In this document: positions 1-7,079 of the stretch, in pieces
How the letters are laid out: each line of letters opens with the position of its first letter
Numbering within the stretch: position 1 is the stretch's first letter
Source: Spirochaetia bacterium
GTDB lineage: Bacteria; Spirochaetota; Spirochaetia; UBA9216
Reading direction: 5' to 3'
Assembly: GCA_965140585.1 (NCBI GenBank)
Contig: OZ223272.1
Coordinates: forward strand, 480,001 to 544,000
DNA: 64,000 nucleotides
Translations under genes and position numbers: made by a program
The notes under the pieces: generated by a model
The model's database searches: none
Seen by the model: only the letters and a program-made list of their open reading frames with translations
What the model was told of the DNA's origin: nothing

Positions 1-271
1 TCAAAAGATATCTATACCCTTCTTCATAAGCACTTTTTATTATAAGAGATAACATTAAAACATGCTCTTCAATATAATGAGTTTCACCTATAAAGATGAT
101 TCGATTCTTTGAAAAAGCGGTTAATAAATTTTCTGGTAAATTCGATATTGATTTTGGCTTATCAAAATATGAGGCTTCACTAACATATTTTCGTTCTGGA
201 GATTGTTGCTTGGTTGTGCAACTAAAAAGTATTAATAAAATCAAAATAAGAGCTGTAAACTTTTTTAACAT
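1..271 (-). CDS. Cassette-borne lipoprotein, possibly EreA/ChaN/TraB-like; 3' end outside the window (absent from the ORF track)
   Basis: Manual translation: MLKKFTALILILLILFSCTTKQQ...NRIIFIGETHYIEEH...; lipobox LFSC, GExH motif, AAGGA RBS upstream, frame open to base 1. Confidence 0.75.
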   Translation of the reverse strand, partial: MLKKFTALILILLILFSCTTKQQSPERKYVSEASYFDKPKSISNLPENLLTAFSKNRIIFIGETHYIEEHVLMLSLIIKSAYEEGYRYLL

Positions 272-351
272 TTTATATATCCTTCATTCTTAAATGTTTG
301 AGCCATGGACGGCTCAAACTCTTATTCTTAATTACTCTTGGCGCTTATTGA

Positions 352-443
352 CTATAACGTTCCAGGGTTATACGACGTTCGGCAAAGCCGAATGTGGCGC
401 AGCCCGGAGGCCGTATGGCCGGAGCGAATAACCCTTGTTATAG
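352..443 (-). repeat. attC-like site (kinase type, 92 bp)
   Basis: CTATAAC...GTTATAG outer pair, AGGGTTAT/ATAACCCT inner pair, internal hairpin ACGTTCGGC-AAA-GCCGAATGT. Confidence 0.85.
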
Positions 444-494
444 GCAGTAAGCGCCTCTTTGATTACATGTAGTGAGGCACGGATGCCGAACGGA

Positions 495-702
495 AATCTT
501 TCTTCTTAATCTTTCTTCTTAATCTTTCTTCTTAATCTTTCTTCTTAATCTTTCTTCTTAATCTTTCTTCTTAATCTTTCTTCTTAATCTTTCTTCTTAA
601 TCTTTCTTCTTAATCTTTCTTCTTAATCTTTCTTCTTAATCTTTCTTCTTAATCTTTCTTCTTAATCTTTCTTCTTAATCTTTCTTCTTAATCTTTCTTC
701 TT
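495..702. repeat. 13-bp tandem repeat (AATCTTTCTTCTT)x16
   Basis: 208 bp = 16 exact units counted by hand. Confidence 0.95.
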
Positions 703-1191
703 AACAACATCTTCATAAATCATTGAAACAGCATCTGGAATGGATAAGTTTGAATTAATTCTGCTCTCAGAAATAATTCCAATCAAATCTTCTTCTCTCC
801 ACCACTTCCTCATATCCTCTTCTCCAAAATCAGAACTATTTGATTTCGATTTATGTCGTCGTATTGTCTCTTCAAAAGATAAATCATAATAATAAGCAAA
901 TATTTCAGAGTCAAATTCTTCTATTGCTTTTTTAAATAATCTAAGATAATAATCTGAGTATAAAATACCTTCTAAAATTACAAATTCTGAATTTCTCTTT
1001 CCATATTTAATTAATTCCTCTAAAAGTGGGATTGCCTTATTTTCAATTCTATCATGAACCCATAACATCTCTCTTCTTATATAATCCTGAGAAATCATCA
1101 TAGTATTTCGACCCAATTTTCTTTGTAATGATTTTGCTAAGGAAGTTTTTCCACTTCCTGAATTACCTCTAATAATTATTAGCTTTGACAT
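688..1191 (-). CDS. P-loop kinase (AAA_33/nucleoside-kinase-like), cassette copy 1
   Basis: Walker A IIRGNSGSGKT, 167 aa; AGAGGG RBS. Confidence 0.85.
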   Translation of the reverse strand: MSKLIIIRGNSGSGKTSLAKSLQRKLGRNTMMISQDYIRREMLWVHDRIENKAIPLLEELIKYGKRNSEFVILEGILYSDYYLRLFKKAIEEFDSEIFAYYYDLSFEETIRRHKSKSNSSDFGEEDMRKWWREEDLIGIISESRINSNLSIPDAVSMIYEDVVKKKD

Positions 1192-1268
1192 CTACTTTTT
1201 ATTTCCCTCTTAGAATCCGCCACGGAAGGCGGATTTCTTTCTTCTCGAAAAATCTTGGCGCTTATTGC

Positions 1269-1360
1269 CTATAACGTTCCAGGGTTATACGACGTTCGGC
1301 AAAGCCGAATGTGGCGCAGCCCGGAGGTCGTATGGCCGGAGCGAATAACCCTTGTTATAG
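1269..1360 (-). repeat. attC-like site (kinase type)
   Basis: Copy of 352-443 with one internal SNP (ggaggtcg). Confidence 0.85.
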
Positions 1361-1379
1361 GCAGTAAGCGCCTCTTTGA

Positions 1380-1913
1380 TTACATGTAGTGAGGCACGGA
1401 TGCCGAACGGAAATCTTTCTTCTTAACAACGTCTTCATAAATCATTGAAACAGCATCTGGAATGGATAAGTCTGAATTAATTCTGCTCTCAGAAATAATT
1501 CCAATCAAATCTTCTTCTCTCCACCACTTCCTCATATCCTCTTCTCCAAAATCAGAACTATTTGATTTCGATTTATGTCGTCGTATTGTCTCTTCAAAAG
1601 ATAAATCATAATAATAAGCAAATATTTCAGAGTCAAATTCTTCTATTGCTTTTTTAAATAATCTAAGATAATAATCTGAGTATAAAATACCTTCTAAAAT
1701 TACAAATTCTGAATTTCTCTTTCCATATTTAATTAATTCCTCTAAAAGTGGGATTGCCTTATTTTCAATTCTATCATGAACCCATAACATCTCTCTTCTT
1801 ATATAATCCTGAGAAATCATCATAGTATTTCGACCCAATTTTCTTTGTAATGATTTTGCTAAGGAAGTTTTTCCACTTCCTGAATTACCTCTAATAATTA
1901 TTAGCTTTGACAT
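1380..1913 (-). CDS. P-loop kinase, cassette copy 2 (single repeat unit, 10-aa C-terminal extension)
   Basis: Same protein with an N->D change; reads through to FRSASVPHYM. Confidence 0.85.
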   Translation of the reverse strand: MSKLIIIRGNSGSGKTSLAKSLQRKLGRNTMMISQDYIRREMLWVHDRIENKAIPLLEELIKYGKRNSEFVILEGILYSDYYLRLFKKAIEEFDSEIFAYYYDLSFEETIRRHKSKSNSSDFGEEDMRKWWREEDLIGIISESRINSDLSIPDAVSMIYEDVVKKKDFRSASVPHYM

Positions 1914-1990
1914 CTACTTTTTATTTCCCTCTTAGAATCCGCCACGGAAGGCGGATTTCTTTCTTCTCGAAAAATCTTGGCGCTTATTGC

Positions 1991-2082
1991 CTATAACGTT
2001 CCAGGGTTATACGACGTTCGGCAAAGCCGAATGTGGCGCAGCCCGGAGGCCGTATGGCCGGAGCGAATAACCCTTGTTATAG
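1991..2082 (-). repeat. attC-like site (kinase type)
   Basis: Copy of 352-443. Confidence 0.85.
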
Positions 2083-2133
2083 GCAGTAAGCGCCTCTTTG
2101 ATTACATGTAGTGAGGCACGGATGCCGAACGGA

Positions 2134-2276
2134 AATCTTTCTTCTTAATCTTTCTTCTTAATCTTTCTTCTTAATCTTTCTTCTTAATCTTTCTTCTTAA
2201 TCTTTCTTCTTAATCTTTCTTCTTAATCTTTCTTCTTAATCTTTCTTCTTAATCTTTCTTCTTAATCTTTCTTCTT
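2134..2276. repeat. 13-bp tandem repeat (AATCTTTCTTCTT)x11
   Basis: 143 bp = 11 exact units. Confidence 0.95.
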
Positions 2277-2765
2277 AACAACATCTTCATAAATCATTGA
2301 AACAGCATCTGGAATGGATAAGTTTGAATTAATTCTGCTCTCAGAAATAATTCCAATCAAATCTTCTTCTCTCCACCACTTCCTCATATCCTCTTCTCCA
2401 AAATCAGAACTATTTGATTTCGATTTATGTCGTCGTATTGTCTCTTCAAAAGATAAATCATAATAATAAGCAAATATTTCAGAGTCAAATTCTTCTATTG
2501 CTTTTTTAAATAATCTAAGATAATAATCTGAGTATAAAATACCTTCTAAAATTACAAATTCTGAATTTCTCTTTCCATATTTAATTAATTCCTCTAAAAG
2601 TGGGATTGCCTTATTTTCAATTCTATCATGAACCCATAACATCTCTCTTCTTATATAATCCTGAGAAATCATCATAGTATTTCGACCCAATTTTCTTTGT
2701 AATGATTTTGCTAAGGAAGTTTTTCCACTTCCTGAATTACCTCTAATAATTATTAGCTTTGACAT
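2262..2765 (-). CDS. P-loop kinase, cassette copy 3
   Basis: Protein identical to 688-1191. Confidence 0.85.
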   Translation of the reverse strand: MSKLIIIRGNSGSGKTSLAKSLQRKLGRNTMMISQDYIRREMLWVHDRIENKAIPLLEELIKYGKRNSEFVILEGILYSDYYLRLFKKAIEEFDSEIFAYYYDLSFEETIRRHKSKSNSSDFGEEDMRKWWREEDLIGIISESRINSNLSIPDAVSMIYEDVVKKKD

Positions 2766-2842
2766 CTACTTTTTATTTCCCTCTTAGAATCCGCCACGGA
2801 AGGCGGATTTCTTTCTTCTCGAAAAATCTTGGCGCTTATTGC

Positions 2843-2934
2843 CTATAACGTCCCGGGGTTATACGACGTTCGGCAAAGCCGAATGTGGCGCAGCCCGAAG
2901 CCCGAATGGGCGGAGCGTATAGCCCCTGTTATGC
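2843..2934 (-). repeat. attC-like site (A type, 92 bp)
   Basis: ATAAC-GTCCCGGG-GTTATACG...CGTATAGC-CCCT-GTTATGC; left half shared with kinase-type sites. Confidence 0.85.
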
Positions 2935-3328
2935 GACGTCGCCTTTATTAGAGAAAGATTCCGACCAATCAAACGATCTAAATAATCTCCTCTTACCATT
3001 TCTACCCAATATTCTATTCGCCCTTTGCGACTTTCACAATCATTTTTATTTTACCTGCAAGTCAACGAGCAAAGCGAGTGTGGCAGACTTGCCAAACGGA
3101 AAAACCTGTCATGCCCACGAAGCAGATTTTGATAATTATAAGCCAATACTTTTTCTTTAACGTCAGAACAAACATCGTCCAGCGCAACGACCTTCTTTTA
3201 ACAACCAAATCAAAATCCAAAATCTTCCTCATTCCAGGGCGAATTGAATATTGTAAACTATTTGGTAATCACTTGTGGTTCGGAACTTTCTCCACCCCAA
3301 GATCATGCTCCTGCGATGTCCGCATAAC
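2850..3328. other. ORF-less cassette A1 (479 bp), candidate structured RNA/ssDNA
   Basis: No ORF conserved across copies; nested inverted repeats; near-identical to A2 and A3. Confidence 0.75.
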
Positions 3329-3413
3329 GTCCCGGGGTTATACGACGTTCGGCAAAGCCGAATGTGGCGCAGCCCGAAGCCCGAATGGGCGGAGCGTATA
3401 GCCCCTGTTATGC
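3322..3413 (-). repeat. attC-like site (A type)
   Basis: Copy of 2843-2934. Confidence 0.85.
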
Positions 3414-3809
3414 GACGTCGCCTTTATTAGAGAAAGATTCCGATCAATCAAACGATCTAAATAATCTCCTCTTACCATTTCTACCCAATATTCTATTCGC
3501 CCTTTGCGACTTTCACAATCATTTTTTTTCACCTGCAAGTTAACGAGCAAAGCGAGTGTGGCAGACTTGCCAAACGGAAAAACCTGTCATGCCCACGAAG
3601 CAGATTTTGATAATTATAAGCCAATACTTTTTCTTTAACGTCAGAACAAACATCGTCCAACGCAACAACCTTCTTCTAACAACAACCAAATCAAAATCCA
3701 AAATCTTCCTCATTCCAGGGCGAATTAAATATTGCAAACTATTTGGTAATCACTTATGGTTCGGAACTTTCTCCACCCCAAGATCATGCTCCGGCGATGT
3801 CCGCATAAC
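3329..3809. other. ORF-less cassette A2 (481 bp)
   Basis: Near-identical to A1, with SNPs and small indels. Confidence 0.75.
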
Positions 3810-3981
3810 GTCCGCGGTTATGTGATGTTTTGTGGTCGGGCCCTACAGGCCGATTGGCAACTCTTTTGCATTCAGCGCCTTTACCCTCTATCTTGCTACT
3901 ACTTCGCAAAAGTGGTGACAAAGCAAAATATGCCGCAGGCCAAGGAGCGTTTAGCGACGCCGCACATAGCCGCTGTTATAC
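3803..3981 (-). repeat. attC-like site (B type, ~179 bp)
   Basis: ATAAC-GTCCGCG-GTTATGTG...CACATAGC-CGCT-GTTATAC. Confidence 0.8.
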
Positions 3982-4372
3982 GCCGTCACAGAATAAAGAA
4001 AGTTGTACATCATCTTCATAATCTAAACATTTATTTCACATTTCAAACTTCTTTAATATTCTATTCGACCATACTGACTTTCACAATCTTTTTTATTTAC
4101 TCCGCAAAATAACGAGCTTTGCGAGTGGGCCAGTTTTGCATAAACGTTTCTGCATGCCCCAGCCCCGTACAGATTTTGATTATTCCAAAGCCAAAACTCT
4201 TTCATAGAACGTCAGAAAAAAGTCATTGTTTGAAATTTTTCTTCATCAAAATAGAAATCAAAATCTGAAATCATATCTTAGTCGAAGAGAATATTGCCAA
4301 CTTATTATTTCATTATTAAGCGCAGCAACTTTCTTCCACCCAATATCCTTGCCCAAAGTGATGGAGTATAAC
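3810..4372. other. ORF-less cassette B1 (563 bp), divergent homolog of the A cassettes
   Basis: Shares blocks AATATTCTATTCG, GACTTTCACAATC, AACGAGCnnnGCGAGTG, CAGATTTTGAT, AACGTCAGAA and AATCAAAATC with A. Confidence 0.75.
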
Positions 4373-4514
4373 GTCCGTGGTTAAGCGAAGCTGATGCGCA
4401 ACTAAAGGAGTGTTTTGCGAATGCGCAAAACCGACTGACCCTGCTCTACTTCTCCGTAAGCTTCAGTTTGGGTGAAAGCGCCATGGCGCTTTCACCGCTT
4501 AACCATTGTTATGT
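4366..4514 (-). repeat. attC-like site (C type, ~149 bp)
   Basis: ATAAC-GTCCGTG-GTTAAGCG...CGCTTAAC-CATT-GTTATGT; internal palindrome GGTGAAAGCGCCATGGCGCTTTCACC. Confidence 0.8.
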
Positions 4515-4622
4515 GCTTTGAGCCCGACATCCAGACCGTTCAACGGAGTTAGGTCTGGATTCTTCTTTTCTTTTCCCAGGATTCTGAAAATAATCAATAC
4601 TGCTGTAAACACGTATTATGTT

Positions 4623-5201
4623 TTATAATCCTATTACTCTATTCCAATCTGCAATATACATATAAATTCTTTGAAATTCTGATGGTAGTAGCATTCTATT
4701 ATGTGCTATAAAATTTCTTGTTTTTTCAAGTTCATCCATTCTTTGTTTTAACCAATGTTGCGATGGTATCAAGGTTTCAAAAAAATGCCAAAACTCAATC
4801 ATAATTTGAGACAGCATTCCAAAATCTATAAAACCAAGAAGATCAGATTTTTCACCTTCTAACCAACTATCTTTTAAAGCGGATTCCTGACGTCTTTGAG
4901 CATGATCTTTTATTCTATTTGGAATCGAATCCCACCAATTTACCCCGATATTTTCCTGTAATGTTTCTCGAATTAGATCTCTTATTTCATTTTCAAAACA
5001 AAATATTAAACTATATAAACGAGACATTTCTAGTGCTTTATTTCTCCTATTAATCGAGAAAGGAGAGATAACCTCATTTGTTAAATCTATCTCAGTTCTC
5101 GAATCAGAAGCCCCTATTTGTATTCCTGCTTTTTGAAATTTATTTGCTTCAGATTCAAACATTAACCCTCGAAAAAGATAATCTCTTAAATCTTTAGTCA
5201 A
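4623..5201 (-). CDS. Swt1-like HEPN domain protein (putative RNase effector)
   Basis: FENEIRDLI...WW helix, IDFGML motif, HEPN Rx4H motif RNFIAH; TTG start with AAGGAG RBS overlapping the upstream stop. Confidence 0.75.
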   Translation of the reverse strand: MTKDLRDYLFRGLMFESEANKFQKAGIQIGASDSRTEIDLTNEVISPFSINRRNKALEMSRLYSLIFCFENEIRDLIRETLQENIGVNWWDSIPNRIKDHAQRRQESALKDSWLEGEKSDLLGFIDFGMLSQIMIEFWHFFETLIPSQHWLKQRMDELEKTRNFIAHNRMLLPSEFQRIYMYIADWNRVIGL

Positions 5202-5814
5202 TTAAATGCTCCTTAACACTTTTAAATATTGCGTTATAAACTTCTATATCTTTTGTTGCTGGTAAATGTATCTGAATATTATAATGTAATGAAGTTTGAC
5301 TGATCTTCCTTTCAATTGACTCAATTTTTTCTGGCTCGATTTCTTCTTTCTCATTATCATTATCTTCTACTATTTTTGTCTCTTCAACTACATCAGAATT
5401 TATATCTGCAAATTCTAATAGTGAATAAAATGTTTTCATCATCAATTCTGCATTGCGTTCTGAAGTATTATGAGTACTTTTAAACTTACCTTTTATTAAT
5501 TCTTTATCTTTATCTTCAGGATATCTGCTAATAGTAAAAATATCCGAATATGCCTCTTTAATTGCTTTGCCCAAGATTTTTCGTGATAAAGCTTCATTTC
5601 TAAATTCTTTATATTCATCAGTTGGTGATCCATCCTCTGTTAAAAACCCTAAAGCTTTTAATAATGGAATAAATGCTCTATGATTAGTCGAAGTAAATCC
5701 TATATCTTTCAAATGCTGATTAGTAAATTTCCCAGGAGCTTGTCCTTGTTTTATTTTATTAAAAAAATCTCCTAATTGACCATAAACTTGCAGCGGAATA
5801 TTTGCCAAACTCAT
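5194..5814 (-). CDS. DUF5343-like protein
   Basis: QAPGKFT..HLKDIGF.S.N.R...LLKALGFL..DG.PT..Y pattern and C-terminal LHYNIQIHLP, recognised from memory. Confidence 0.7.
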   Translation of the reverse strand: MSLANIPLQVYGQLGDFFNKIKQGQAPGKFTNQHLKDIGFTSTNHRAFIPLLKALGFLTEDGSPTDEYKEFRNEALSRKILGKAIKEAYSDIFTISRYPEDKDKELIKGKFKSTHNTSERNAELMMKTFYSLLEFADINSDVVEETKIVEDNDNEKEEIEPEKIESIERKISQTSLHYNIQIHLPATKDIEVYNAIFKSVKEHLID

Positions 5815-5961
5815 ATTCTCTCCCTTTATTTAAATTATTTCATATATATAACATTATAACGCTAAAATAATAATTTGGATCCTTAAAAATCACAACTTAA
5901 ACATTCTCTCTTCGCCCGTCGGCCGGAGGTCCGGGCGTCTTCCTCTTGTCGGGCTCATTGC

Positions 5962-6139
5962 ACATAACGTCCCGCGGTTATGTGATGTTTTGTGCTCGGC
6001 CCTACAGGCCGATTGGCAACTCTTTTGCATTCAGCGCCTTTACCCTCTATCTTTCTCCATTTCGCAAAAGTGGTGACAAAACAAAATATGCCGCAGGCCA
6101 AGGAGCGTCTAGCGACGCCGCACATAGCCGCTGTTATAC
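5962..6139 (-). repeat. attC-like site (B type, ~178 bp)
   Basis: Near-copy of 3803-3981. Confidence 0.8.
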
Positions 6140-6531
6140 GCCGTCACAAAATAAAGAAAGTTGTACATCATCTTCACAATCTAAACATTTCTTTCACATT
6201 TCAAACTTCTTTAATATTCTATTCGACCATACTGACTTTCACAATCTTTTTTATTTACTTCGCAAAATAACGAGCTTTGCGAGTGGGCCAGTTTTGCATA
6301 AACGTTTCTGCATGCCCCAGCCCCGTACAGATTTTGATTATTCCAAAGCCAAAACTCTTTCATAGAACGTCAGAAAAAAGTCGTTGTTTGAAATTTTTCT
6401 TCATCAAAACAAAAATCAAAATCTGAAATCAGATCTTAGTCGAACAGAATATTGCAAACTTATTATTTCATTATTTAAGCGCAGCAACTTTCTTCCACCC
6501 CATATCCTTGCCAAAAGTGATGGAGTATAAC
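5969..6531. other. ORF-less cassette B2 (563 bp)
   Basis: Near-identical to B1. Confidence 0.75.
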
Positions 6532-6616
6532 GTCCCGGGGTTATACGACGTTCGGCAAAGCCGAATGTGGCGCAGCCCGAAGCCCGAATGGGCGGAGCGT
6601 ATAGCCCCTGTTATGC
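6525..6616 (-). repeat. attC-like site (A type)
   Basis: Copy of 2843-2934. Confidence 0.85.
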
Positions 6617-7014
6617 GACGTCGCCTTTATTAGAGAAAGATTCCGATCAATCAAACGATCTAAATAATCTCCTCTTACCATTTCTACCCAATATTCTATT
6701 CGCCCTTTGCGACTTTCACAATCATTTTTATTTCACCTGCAAGTCAACGAGCAAAGTGAGTGTGGCAGACTTGCCAAACTGAAAAAACCTGTCATGCCCA
6801 CGAAGCAGATTTTGATAATTATAAGCCAATACTTTTTCTTTAACGTCAGAACAAACATCGTCCAACGCAACGACCTTCTTATAACAACAACCAAATCAAA
6901 ATCCAAAATCTTCCTCATTCCAGGGCGAATTGAATATTGCAAACTATTTGGTAATCACTTATGGTTCGGAACTTTCTCCACCCCAAGATCATGCTCCGGC
7001 GATGTCCGCATAAC
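6532..7014. other. ORF-less cassette A3 (483 bp), first cassette next to the attI-like site
   Basis: Near-identical to A1 and A2. Confidence 0.75.
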
Positions 7015-7079
7015 TCAGAATTATAAACTGGAATATCGTGCATATAACCCTCTAGATCCAGTACTTATAAACCTGTTAT
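7008..7079 (-). other. Putative attI-like insertion site
   Basis: Cassette sequence ends at GCATAAC (7014) and is followed by non-attC sequence with further ATAAC/ATAAAC motifs, directly downstream of the recombinase stop. Confidence 0.65.

Noticed and set aside
96-293. 65-aa plus-strand ORF
   Set aside because: It is the shadow of the minus-strand lipoprotein ORF, which has an RBS and lipobox.
3135-3166. sigma70 promoter CTGACG...TATAAT on the minus strand of the A cassettes
   Set aside because: The spacer is 20 bp and TATAAT is not kept in B cassettes; promoter activity is not excluded but is unsupported.
352-7014. CRISPR array interpretation of the recurring repeats
   Set aside because: Repeats are 92-179 bp palindromes separated by 0.4-1.5 kb units containing genes, and no cas genes are present.
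359-7014. Whole array as an assembly artefact
   Set aside because: Copies carry private SNPs and indels, and junctions fall precisely at ATAAC; only the VNTR lengths remain doubtful.
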